Origin: Phoronis australis
Lineage: Eukaryota; Animalia; Phoronida
Length of the DNA stretch: 64,000 nucleotides
Assembly (NCBI GenBank): GCA_002633005.1
Contig: NMRA01000054.1
Coordinates: 125,492-189,491 of the forward strand
Direction of reading: 5' to 3'
Position 1 is the stretch's first letter, and every line of letters starts with the position of its first letter. The translations under genes and the position numbers were made by a program. This document shows, piece by piece, positions 25,944 to 37,200 of the stretch. The notes beneath the pieces were generated by a model that was not told the DNA's origin, searched no databases, and saw only the letters and a program-made list of their open reading frames with translations.

Positions 25944-26081
25944 TAATCTCGCAGAATGTTCCTCCATATCCATGCGGACAATTGCAATGGAAATGATAGA
26001 CTGTTCTATCTTTCGTGTCGTCTGCCATCTCCACGCAACTCCCAGCGTTCTTGCAGGGATTATCTTCGCAAGACACAACAG
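25944..26081 (-). CDS. Exon 10: EGF-like domain
   Basis: CEDNPCKNAGSC...CNCPHGYGGTFC. 138 nt, phase 1-1. Confidence 0.9.
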
Positions 26082-26252
26082 CTGAAAACATTACAACAAT
26101 GATTTAATCCCAGACAGAAAATGTGCTCATAAGCAAAGTGCAATGTGTTCGAATGCCTTGAATTATTTGTGTCAGGGTGTCAAGTATTCCAAAGTTGCCA
26201 TGTCTTGCCGGGAAATAAAAACAACACGTTTTAGTACGTTCTTTTAAAAGTG

Positions 26253-26951
26253 AGATGCGAAAAATATAAATCACAATTTCTAAAACTTACTATAAAACAA
26301 ATTTTTCGACGTTGTCGAGCCGCCTTTTTCCTTCTACCGAGGATTTGATTACTGGCTGGTCTCCGCGAAAATGTCGTCGCCCTCTGTCGGTGTTCATAGG
26401 CAACAACTGCAAGGCCGTAGAGCATGAGTCAAACGATTTAAATGTGACACCTCTGTGTCTATTCAGAGGGATTCTTGGCTTTTACCCGGACACCATCTAT
26501 GACATCTAGCTCAAACCAAAATCTTTCTCTATCACATACCCCCACGAAATGTGGTCACGAATATAGGTGAGACCGGCTGCACAGCCGCTCAGAGTATCGC
26601 AGGGCAAATACCTTGGGGACACGGGATAGTATACTCGTTTGAGGCATCGAACGTGAGAATATTGGACAGAGAAAGTTCAAGGTTTAAGCGATGTATCAGA
26701 GACGCTGTCTTGTGTTACATACAAGAACCCCTCTAGGAGGTGATTTAAGTTGGTGTCTAACACATGGTCCATGACCAGAGCCTTGCACTTGTTGTTTCTG
26801 AACACCGGCAGGAGGGTGACTAACTTTTCGCGGGAAATAGTCAGCAATCAATTCCCAGTAGAAGGAGCCATGCGGCTCCGCAACGTCGGGAAATTTATTT
26901 AACAGTAAGTTTCAGTTTTTGCATCTAGGGTGAATAATAATACCCACCGTC
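26253..26951 (+). mobile_element. Short Penelope-like insertion with inverted pseudo-LTR copies
   Basis: Endonuclease C-terminus SFEASNVRILDRESSRFKR (26551-26736). ~26253-26425 is the inverted duplicate of ~26777-26928. Flanking direct repeat ttcttttaaa(a/c)gtg at 26239-26252 and 26952-26965. Confidence 0.8.
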
Positions 26952-27018
26952 TTCTTTTAAACGTGTTACCATTCGCACGATCCATTTCTCTGAGTGTATT
27001 TAAAGGAAGGCCTCTTAC

Positions 27019-27137
27019 CTAGCTCGGCATCAGCCGTTACGAATTTGCCAGGAGCGATCTGAACCACGCAGTGAAAGGTCCCTCTGTCCATAGGACCGAC
27101 GTAATGAATGCGAAGATTACGGCCATTCATTTCGTAT
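27019..27137 (-). CDS. Exon 9: C-terminal half of Ig domain
   Basis: RYEMNGRNLRIHYVGPMDRGTFHCVV (DxGxFxC motif). Phase 2-1, G|gtaaga donor. Confidence 0.88.
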
Positions 27138-28440
27138 CTAAAAGTGACAAATGGACCATAATCGTCAGAGCGAGCATGGCATGGGCAATAATTTCAAAAT
27201 AATGAACACAAATTAAGAACACAGGGTCTAGGCTTTTATTGTTTCATCTGTAAACCAAAACAATGTAGAAAAGGAAATAGAGATTTTTTGTTTTTAATCT
27301 GTTTCGCTTGATCTACATTCCGCAACAATGGTCTTATCCAAACCAGATACTGTCTCCTAGTTTCTCGAAATTAATGCCTCGCCTGAGACAAAAACAACTG
27401 TTTCATTATCCAATAGACTTTCTCATTCTGTCACCGTGAGTAAAATGGATTTTGTAGTTAGAAGACCACACTTGTTTTCCATCAGTCATCACTTAGCTCG
27501 CCAAAAGCGTTAGTTAGTCTTATACCCATTTAAACACAATTTTCAAAGACTTTGCTCCAAATATTGAAGGATAGGCAAGGATTACATTGGTTTAGCGTCA
27601 TTTTGCCTCGAGCATGAAAGTGATCCACTAATATTTGATGTTCAATAATAGGCCAGTTAAGACACAGTATCGTTTTAAAAAGCTACAGGCCCCCTTTGTT
27701 GTCAAAAGATAACTTTTGATTGAAGCCACTTACCGCTACAAAACTGTTTCCAACGCATTTCTTAACCAAATTGGAGATTGCTGGTCTTGGTTAGCACTGT
27801 CAGGTCATTACTGCATGTACAATGTTTAGCAACTTGACTTGAGCCAGCTGGTGGTCTTATGTGCCCAGCATACTATAGACCTTTGCCTTATGCAGTAATA
27901 GGTTGACAGGTCTTTCCAAGACCAGGCGTCGATTTAAATCATGAGTCCAGGAACAAGTTATTAATTCTACAACTGTACATGTAGAAGATGTATAGCTTGA
28001 TTGTAGACAGTGTCATCGTCTCCAGCTGACTCCTGGACAGACGATGCAACATTCCACACTGCCTCAAAACGCCGGAAGATTTTCCAAAATTAAATTTGGG
28101 TTCGCCTCGCCTGACCTATCAAACTTAAGTTGATATGATCAACTTACGTGTCTGATACATAGTATTCGATAAGTTTTTGCCAAGAAACCCGGCTTCAGTT
28201 CGCAGAGTTAACAAAACAAATCTCCACGCAATGCCTCGATTCAAAGCAGCTTCGCATTGCACGCACTCACACATGGTCATTTGAATAAATTGATGCCACT
28301 TTGGTAAATTTAATCATCAGATACAAACAATGTCGAGATATCGTTGAGGTTTTAGATATTCACATCGAAAGTACCATTGTCAAAGGCTGTTGTTCGTAGC
28401 ACTTTGACTAAATAGTCTCGCGATGATGTAGCGAGTACTT

Positions 28441-28475
28441 TGTATGTTCTGTGTATTCTTCAATAAATATATATC
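28441..28475 (+). repeat. 35-bp micro-insertion (AATAAA + (TA)n tail), copy 1
   Basis: tgtatgttctgtgtattcttcaataaatatatatc, flanked by ACTT on both sides. Confidence 0.7.
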
Positions 28476-29106
28476 ACTTAGAAAGTGTTTCAGTAATTTT
28501 GCTGAAGGAGCCAAATTTAAGTGTGGCAGAAGGTACTGAGTTTTAGTATTCACTTAAACAAAGAAAACAGGTTTTGAAGCTTGTGTATGGTTTGAATACT
28601 GTGGTACATAAAAACAAAAACACAAGCTCAACAACATAGTTCTAAAAGTCACGATTTTTAAGTTTTCGCATCTAGTTATTCACCTGAATGAATAATTTTG
28701 TCCATTGTCGTTTCGCAAGCTGAAACGTTGACTTTTTCCGATTATTGTTGCAATGTCCCAGACAACCACGGTTGGCCATTTTATGGTGTTCGTCTAATAA
28801 CCACAGGGTTAAAACCCAAAGGCACTAGTTTGCAACGAAATGTTTGAGCTGCAACCGTGGGTGACTAAATGAGTCTTGTGTATCATTGTGAAGTTCAATA
28901 ATGTTGTCGTCCAGTTATTTCTTGGATATCCCCGACAAGTTCAGCATGTGCCCGTTAGACTATCATACTCTTAGTCAATAACGGCACCCGCTGTAATAAG
29001 GTCGCTGTCCAATGACATTAATTTCCTATATTATGCGTGTGTTATTAGTAATGTTTGTGCATTCAACTCTTAACTGAAACACCGTTGGTGAAATAAGTTA
29101 AATTAA

Positions 29107-29695
29107 GAGCATGTAGGACTTTATCATCCGGTCTGTGTATTTAGCTTCACACCTTCAAAACTACGGATTTTAATTTTAGGAGAAGCATATATTTTCTGCA
29201 AGTAGAAAGCTTGTAAAATTTGATGTCCAACTTTATACCAATCCGCCATTAATTGGTTCACGTGACCACGTGCGTTTAGTAATGTTTAGCAAAGAGAGAG
29301 GGTACACCCACTGCAAAGCAACGGTATCAAAACATGATCAGATTTTATTTTATGTAAATGTTCAAGAAGAAATCTCAAAATCCTTCTTGCAGTTTTCTAA
29401 ATAATCGTTTCAGTTTTGCTTCATCCAAAACAAAATCCTATTTTTGTTAGCCCCTCATGTAAACGAGGAACGGTTTGAAAACATTTCTTACAACAGTTTC
29501 GGAGAAATGTGTATAAACCATGTTATTTCTGGGTTTGTCATTATTTCTTTGTATGTTCTGTGTATTCTTCAATAAATATATATATATATATCTCTTGTAG
29601 CATGTTATTTAAAAGCTTCATGTTCAACTGGCCAACAATTCCTGAGAAATGATGTTCCGAAATGTGCCAACATTTCTATATGGTCAAACATAACC
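29107..29695 (+). mobile_element. Kolobok-like MITE family copy (TTAA-flanked)
   Basis: TTAA at both ends. Internal block cacgtgacca..ttagcaaa..gttcaagaagaaatctca is shared with copies near 31200, 52010, 59120 and 59980. Confidence 0.6.
29550..29592 (+). repeat. 43-bp micro-insertion, copy 2, nested in the MITE
   Basis: Same sequence as 28441-28475 with a longer (TA)n. Flanked by TCTT on both sides. Confidence 0.7.
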
Positions 29696-29712
29696 TTAAC
29701 GTAAGTCCGTAC

Positions 29713-29854
29713 CTAGCGTGTGGTTTGTCGGCCTTTATGTGTTCCCCCGTCGGAGTGATCCAAGATAACTCAACTGGATGTGCATATTCGTCGAAAATAC
29801 ATTGTAACGTGGCTTCCCCACCAAGTACACTACGAACGATAGGCGCCACGTTCT
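29713..29854 (-). CDS. Exon 8: N-terminal half of Ig domain
   Basis: GGEATLQCIF...LSWITPTG. Phase 1-2. Confidence 0.88.
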
Positions 29855-30643
29855 CTGTATAATGGAGAAACATCAAATAGTTATTTTCTCATATTTTATC
29901 CCATAAAACAAACTATCTTTCAAATCGTCGGTGGTCACCAGAAACGTATTGTTTGCTTCGACATTCCTCAAAATGTGATAAAAATTTGGACGTAACGTCT
30001 GACGCGATTTTTTCAATGAAACGAAGTAATTATTTTGTGTAGTCACATATTGACTTGAAAGCCGATTCCTCAAACTAAAAGACTTTGAAAAATAAAGAAA
30101 AATGAAGGCATTTCAAGGTAATTTGTTCAACTCCGCACGTATTGTGTAATTTCCTTAAAGCACATTTCTACTAATTATGCAATAAATACTAACTGGAATT
30201 GACGAAGTGAGGATGAAATCCCTGACCTGCTCCAAGAGCCTTGGATGAGGTACTTTATCAAAGGCCTGGAGAAGTCTACCACAACTTCGTCAGTTTGGAT
30301 GCATGACTCTCTACTTTGGGATAGATCATTTATCAATGTGACTAAATGTGTCTCCCAAGATCCATAGTTCCAAAAGTCGTGTTGCCATGTGCAAAGTATA
30401 TCGTTTGTATACAGGTGTGCCACTATAATGCTGGCAATTACATGTTACGTAGGTTTGGAGCATACGAGAGTGAGTGATATTGAGCAGCACTTGGATGCCA
30501 AAGTTTACATACACTGTTTGCTCAACTAAGTCATCGACTGCAGCAAATCCATTAATCGGCGTCCTCGAGTCACGATGAAAAAACAGAACGCTCTTTACTT
30601 TCCTCAAAACTAGCGGTTTACTCACGTTAAAGTGCAAACGTAC

Positions 30644-30901
30644 CCAAATCGCATGCATTTCTGATGCATTTTTGCTCTTCGTTGTCTGGTCCATCACAAA
30701 TAATATGGCGTCCCATAAAGGCTTCTTCTATAAAGTGATCTGCCAAATCGGCGACGAACGTACACTTCCGCCTCCGAGTTTCGTAGCCCAGACCACATCC
30801 AGCGGAACAGTGTGACCACATATCCCAGTTTGACCAATGGCCGGGCAATGGCGACGTTGATGGGACAGTGGTCGTTGTTGTGGTTCGCTTAGTGGTTGCC
30901 T
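30644..30901 (-). CDS. Exon 7: Thr-rich linker + TSP1 repeat 3
   Basis: WSNWDMWSHCSAGCGLGYETRRRKC. 258 nt, phase 1-1. Confidence 0.92.
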
Positions 30902-31049
30902 CTAGTGAAAGTGAGAATTAAATGATGCCATATCTTGAAAGCACATTGAGGATGTCGAGTGCTTAATATTATTTTAAAACAACTATACCTGTAATAATAG
31001 AGCATTTGCATTTCAAAATAATACAGTCTTCATGGCGCCAACTAGGTTC

Positions 31050-31536
31050 TTTGAGCTTGTGTAGGACTTCATCGACACTTTAATCTGTTTATTTAGATAT
31101 CCAAAACTTTAGATTTTAGCTTAGTAAAAGTTTATATTTTCTCAACGTAGAAGATTCTAGAATTTTGATTTTCAACTTCATACCACTCTCCTTTTCGTGA
31201 GGTCACGTGACCATGTCTTTCAGTAAAACTTAGCAAAAAGGAATGTACATGGAAAACAAAAAGGGCTGTCAACAACGTGACCAAATTTAGTTCAAGAGGA
31301 AATCTCAAAAACGCTGCAATAGTTATCTAAATTATCATTTCCTTTTCGTTTCGTGTAACTAAAAATCCTGTTTTTGATAACTCTTCATGCAAATCTGGAA
31401 CGTTTTAAGAGCAATTTCTAATCGTATTGACAAAATAGTGAATAAATCATAGTCTGATATGAATTCAATCAGTCATATCGGAGATATGATGTTTCGAAAT
31501 TAGTCAAATTTGGAATCTTTCTAGGGCATGCATAAC
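31050..31536 (+). mobile_element. Diverged copy of the Kolobok-like MITE family
   Basis: Shares the gtaggactt start motif and the internal block with 29107-29695. Boundaries are approximate. Confidence 0.5.
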
Positions 31537-31571
31537 GTTAATAAAAGACTGGGTATTACTAAATTACTCAC

Positions 31572-31763
31572 GACGTAACTGTGCACTAATGACTGGTGCC
31601 CGTGGGCATTCCATTACTTCACATTTTTCTATTTGTGATCCATCGTTCTCGCATGAGTTTTCTGCTTTGGAAATATAGCAGGTGCGAGTACGCACTCGCC
31701 ATCCTGACCCACACGTTTTCGAACATGGTCTCCAACTGCTCCATTCTGACCATTGCACAACAG
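31572..31763 (-). CDS. Exon 6: TSP1 repeat 2
   Basis: WSEWSSWRPCSKTCGSGWRVRTRTC. 192 nt, phase 1-1, C|gtgagt donor. Confidence 0.92.
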
Positions 31764-34232
31764 CTGCAAGCATTCATGAGAAGTCATCAGTCTTAGATAT
31801 TCTCTGTGTGTTATGCAATATGTGTGACATATTTGTTTGGTTAATTTCATCAATAAAAACTGTGCCACAATGCCTGCAACTAAATGTGATCGTTATACGG
31901 CCGTATCTCTTACCGCTCACCTCGCATGGCGGCTATAACTCAATAAATAACATCTAAGGTGTCGTTAAACCACCATGAGTATTTGGAAAGGCACAGTGCA
32001 CTTTACCCGTGCAAAATCTGTTAAAACCAAGATTATTGTAATTCCCCGACCATGGAAAAGACAGCTACAAACAAACAGAACTAACACTTTTTGATGAAAA
32101 CCGTGCATACAATTTTTGAATACCCATGTATTTGACAGAAACTCATATGCAACTTCTGTTTGACGACGTAAAATCTCCGGCAAAAACAACAAGCAATGCT
32201 TTTCAGAAGGGAATCGTACGTTCATGATGTGACAATCTGTAAAGGCGACTATGAAAAATAACGGTGTTCGAGGAAAAGTATTTCGGAGCCAGCGAAAGTC
32301 CGAAGAACCGCACACGGGGTTCACCTTCACCTGACAAATGACAAGGCCACTGATGTGATATGTTCCTGTAAGGATGAATATGTACCTTAAAGTCGTAATG
32401 ATCTGTACGATGCCATATATGTCAGGATATTTTGAACTCAATCAGTGAAGATTCACCGATATTTTTATTCTGCCCTGTGTCAAATTCCGTCAAATGAAAA
32501 GTAGGTCATAAGATGGGATTCCCCGATAAAAGTAGGTCTAGCCTATAGCACTGTTTATGCTTTTCCAATCTTCGAGAGAAATATGTTCATTAAAAAATGA
32601 GGTCCATAGCTCAGGTACACACTCATCTTGTCCTAGGCAAGCAGTTAGCTCCGGTAGGTCTAGGGCTGTGTCCAAGTCAAATTGATTGGCCGTAATTTCA
32701 CCATTGAAACATTTAAGTTAGGTCTACCTTCTGATGAACTTCACATTTTTTGTATTTTCATTGCATAAAAGTAGTTTTCAGTTAATTGTAAACGTAACAT
32801 GATCACTAAGCTGTGATAGGGTTACAAAAGATGACAAGTTTGGGTGTAGTAGCAAAAATGGTTATTTACAAAAATAACTCAATTTTTTAAAGCTTCATGA
32901 AATCAAATATCATGATGTTTGAGCAACTAAAAATGAGCTCTCTTTAACTCTACAGGCGAAGTGTAAACTAGGGGCTCTTAACAAAATCTAACTGTTCATT
33001 TTTTCGTGACAACAGCTCGAACAAGTAATCCAGTGTCCCTCCTGTGCCAATCGAATATATCAATTTTGGAGAGAAGTTCAGTTGAACGCCAGTCAACGGG
33101 TATCGGTATATGAATAACAAAAAATGTACCTCATTTTTGCTACGAAACAAAATGATGTCCTTTAGGACAAAATAAATAAAAAATAATAAAAATGTCCTTC
33201 AAAACAACAATTTCCGTGGATTACCCCTGGTCAGGTGCCAAGACAAAGGTGGAACGAGTGAAATTCTGGAGTCAAAATCAGATATGTGTACACTATAGCC
33301 ACCAAATAGAAAAGTACGTATCTCGGAACAATTATATTTGTGTTACACCTTCAAGCAACATTGCCAAGTTCAGCTGGTCGTGCGGGAGTCCACACAGTTT
33401 GATCTATCGTTTACGCCTTTCGACATCACTTTTCGGCTTAGGGATTGCACAAAAAAGAGAGGTATATTCTTTTCGATCTGTATAACGGCAGTCAGAATTA
33501 CATACGCCATAACAACACCGTTTCACAATTCTTATTACACAATTTCTTGACTTATAGTCTAAAGTAACCTTTACCCGACATCTTAGATGTATTGTTTGTC
33601 GGGTAAAACGTCGACTTGGAAATGCAGACAAAGGTGTGTCAAGGATGGTGCGTTCTGACTGGCCAGTTAAGCCGCCAGTCAAAATCCCACGTTGTTTTCC
33701 TGGGTCACGAGCAGTGTATTCTCTCAGGAATACATTTTTTCATCGGTTTTCCACGAACTACCATATTTTTGCCTTGTTCACCTGAATAACTGTTCTTTAA
33801 AGAAACTAGAAACACAAATCACGAGATAAATGTGCTGGTAAAAGGAAATGTGATGCATGAGAACAGAAATGTGCTCACGAGAAAAAACCTTTTTTAGTAG
33901 TTCATGAATGATGAAAACAATGAACACAAACAAAATATCCTGCCGTTCGTATACTATTATCAATCCGTTTTGGATACTGGATATTATATGAAGTACATTT
34001 AAAGATTAATTCCGAAAAATATCGATGTTGTGAAGTTAGGAATGGGTGTTTTATGCTGCATGGCTAAGGTCAGCTATCTATTGAACATAATACTTGCGAA
34101 GGCCAAACATAATGAGTACACCGGCTGTAGTGAAGTGGTGCGTAGCTGACGTTTTTCCCAGTGGTAAACCTAATGTTTTGTGTCCCTAAATGCGTATGCG
34201 CGGGAAGCTACGCATATATAAACGAGACTTAC

Positions 34233-34985
34233 GAGGACATTCGAGAAGTTTGCCCGTGCACTTCTTTTTTTCGTGACTTGTTCCGTTACAACCAGCGCGT
34301 CCAAACTCTACGCAGATCCGCTGGCGATTTGTATTTCCTTCTCCGCATGTGGCGCTGCACTTAGACCAAGTAGTCCACTTGGACCATTTCGGACGAACCT
34401 TTTCAAAGTCTCTGGATCGCTCCTGTTGTATCGTATGAAACATGTCTGTCACTTTCTTCAAAGTCGTTGCCAACTCTTGGTGCAGTTCAATGTCGTCACG
34501 AACTATATTTTCAGATACACTTCCCCAAAGTTTGTTCATCGTCCTCGTGAACTCTGCCGCTAACCTTTCTTCAATCTCTTCACTGCGCTCTGTGTAGTCA
34601 TGTTGCGACTTTTTCATGATTTTCAATAGCTTGAATAACCGTGACAACATGAGCGCTATAAAACTTAATCTCCTGTTTGACCTATGTTCCTGTTTGTCAA
34701 CTATTTGCCTTAGCCTTTCTTCTTGTTTTTTGTCTTTGGTGACAACTATGTTGACTTCCCTAGCTGGTGGTGCTGGCGGTACTTCGTTCTTTGTATTAAT
34801 TTGCATATGAAACTGATTGACTTCCAATGGCTTGGATGTCGTTGGAGGAATAACTACTACTTGCACTTCCTTAAGCTGGCTCGCGGTGTTTTCTTTGGGA
34901 CTATGTTCGGTGTTTTCTTTGGGACTAGGTTTGACAGGAGGTTGCAATGCCGGCGTATCGCGTTTTTCTACTCCATCCAGATACT
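34233..34985 (-). CDS. Exon 5: Pro-rich linker, helical/coiled-coil region, TSP1 repeat 1
   Basis: Lies within ORF 34186-35064. WSKWTTWSKCSATCGEGNTNRQRIC. 753 nt, phase 1-1, C|gtaagt donor. Confidence 0.9.
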
Positions 34986-35179
34986 CTGAATCAATTAATT
35001 TCAAATTGGTATTAAACAGTGTGTAACAATCTTTAATTACAAGAAAATCCTTATTAATGGACAATGTACATCAAGCAAAGGACACGTAATCACAGGCAGA
35101 CAGAAGGTATGGATTCTTAACTTTGTCGTAAATATTACATTACACAACGTATTGAATACATTTAAAGTGTCCCACTTAC

Positions 35180-35310
35180 CTCTGGGTGAAAAGTCAATAT
35201 TAACAATTGATTTTTCTGAAGAATGTTGAAATCCCACTGCTACCAACACTTCAATAACTGTGTTGTCTCTCGGGTCGATTTTTACTGTTGTTTCACACGT
35301 ATTTTTATTT
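35180..35310 (-). CDS. Exon 4: second part of N-terminal beta-rich domain
   Basis: ctgttgtag acceptor, G|gtaagt donor, phase 2-1. Confidence 0.8.
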
Positions 35311-36010
35311 CTACAACAGAATTGATTTGAGCAACATTTCAAAAACTGCTTTAACATGTTCACCCCTTCCTTAACAAAATTCCGCCATTATGACATTATT
35401 GGTGAGAACATCATCTTCCGAGATCAGCCCCAAAGCGGCTTCCAACACGAAACTCTTGCGTCGCAGCCAAACGCCCGGATGACTGGTCTAAATCGCCATC
35501 GACATCTGGTAAAAGTTTAGGCGTATTTTGCAGATAAAGTCGCTGGTCTTGATTTCAGAGGATATAAACACAACGGATTTTATTCTTATAGCTCTGGTCA
35601 AAGACAATATAAGCTCAAATTGTAAATCCCATTCAAAAATCCAAAAATTCGTTGTCCGGTGTAAAAAACTGATAATGCCCCTTCAATGAAATAAGTGCAG
35701 TTGAGAATGATACGCATTGTTGTAAGATAAAATTGGTAGTAAATATCGTAATCATTTCATTAACAGCTATCCGGTCCACTCTGGCAATCGAAAATAAATT
35801 GAGTCTAAACTATGTTGACATTGCACTGTGTCACACGACTAGACACGGAAAATGCTGATCATCTCTCAAAAACAGGCATCACTTCATTTCAAGTACGTGA
35901 AAATACATGTAAAATCTTCTAGGCGTTCTAAATTATCGCAAGTGATTCGATGAAAAACAGTCAAGCTCAGGTTTGGGTATACACAAACGAAAAGAAACAA
36001 ATAAACCTAC

Positions 36011-36200
36011 TTGCAGTTTTTTAACGGGTTGGTACTTCCGTTGCTGTGAACCGTCACCCAGTTGATATGCATATCTTCCTGGTTTTCAATAGCCTGTCCA
36101 TCCGAGTAAATTTGCAGATCAAATGTGTATGCCTCATTCTTTTCTGATGTTGGGGTTGCAGAAATGACTTTTAAACATGGTACGCGAGAAACGTCAACAC
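36011..36200 (-). CDS. Exon 3: first part of N-terminal beta-rich domain; 5' boundary uncertain (36200 vs 36276)
   Basis: Lies within ORF 36007-36255, with AA|gtaggt donor. The acceptor at 36200 gives the required phase 1. Confidence 0.65.
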
Positions 36201-36355
36201 CTGGGTCATAAAGAAATCGTATTGTTCCTGCGTTGGTAATACGTATTTTGTACAATGACCTTCTGTTGAAACGGATCTGTGAAGACGATCAAACTTTTTT
36301 ATTGCTGTTAAATACTACATATTGTATAGTATAGTTGTGTGCAAGTTGTACTTAC

Positions 36356-36447
36356 ATTCACCCGAAGTACCTCTTTTGCGAATTACGTGGGCTAATTCCC
36401 ATGTGCTGCCGACGAACAACAGTATTAAGAAAAATACTATGGCTTTG
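36356..36447 (-). CDS. Exon 2: signal peptide (KAIVFFLILLFVGSTWELAHVIRKR)
   Basis: aattacag acceptor, T|gtaagt donor, hydrophobic core. Confidence 0.7.
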
Positions 36448-36615
36448 CTGTAATTTAGAGAACATCTTTCTAAATATAGTCTACGGCACATTGGTTTGTA
36501 TTGAAGACTTTCTTATTATCATAGTGGTAACCAGTCGCACACTTTACATAGCTGGCGTTGTATGTGCGATATATAATCGCATTTGCGTTTTACGTGCAAG
36601 TAAATCGTTTGTTAC

Positions 36616-36620
36616 CTCAT
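36616..36620 (-). CDS. Exon 1 coding part (ATG AG|gtaaca)
   Basis: Phase 2 donor joins exon 2 to give MSKAIVFFL. Confidence 0.5.
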
Positions 36621-37091
36621 CAAATAGGTGAACTAATCTCAGACGTGGTTGTGTAATGGGAAGCACGGACTTTGCATTGAAAGGAATGGATCTTTAGACG
36701 AAAAGGGTGGACACAAGATATGATTAGGGCAGACAGAAATTGGAACGATGGATCTTCAAATTAGAAGGAGGAGCCAAAATGGGAAGGACGGATAATACAA
36801 TACATGGGCAGGACAAGGTTGTGATCTTTGTTTAATTTACTAGCACGATATTCAAACTTGTAATTTATGTCAACGTTTGAAGTGGACATCTCCAACAATA
36901 CCTCACCTATTGTATGGAATGATCACCGAAGCTCAGCATTTCAGGCTTACACGATAAATTCTAGTATTTTCCTAGTGTTTTTACAGACATATGTCGTGTA
37001 CTGGCGTTTGGTTCCATCGTTCTCATTTGGAGATCGGTCTTCCCATCCACACTCCATGTTTGCCGCAGCATGACCATATCCCAAAGACCCA

Positions 37092-37200
37092 GAGGAGGCA
37101 GTGTGGCCTAGTGTGATATGTGCCCGCCTTCTTTACTCGAGGTCATGGGTTCTAGTCCCACTGGGTCACACTACTAGACCCTTGAGTCAGGTTTCTAGAT
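37092..37200 (+). mobile_element. tRNA-derived SINE fragment
   Basis: A box tggcctagtg, B box ggttctagtcc, then gacccttgagtcagg. Confidence 0.55.

Larger units (their letters stand above)
16466..36620 (-). other. Gene span: 14-exon type-I membrane protein, SP-beta domain-coiled coil-3xTSP1-Ig-EGF-TM-long disordered tail, ~1743 aa
   Basis: All junctions are GT-AG with matching phases, and the summed CDS of 5232 nt is divisible by 3. The exon 3 acceptor is uncertain and extra exons cannot be excluded. Confidence 0.78.

Noticed and set aside
25944-26081. EGFR ligand (neuregulin/Vein orthologue)
   Set aside because: C1-C2 spacing is 4 rather than about 7, and the Arg before the last Cys is absent (GTFC). 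No gene symbol was assigned.
31965-33700. Intronic ORFs of 60-158 aa
   Set aside because: No motifs, and exons 5 and 6 join in phase without them. Possibly eroded transposon sequence.
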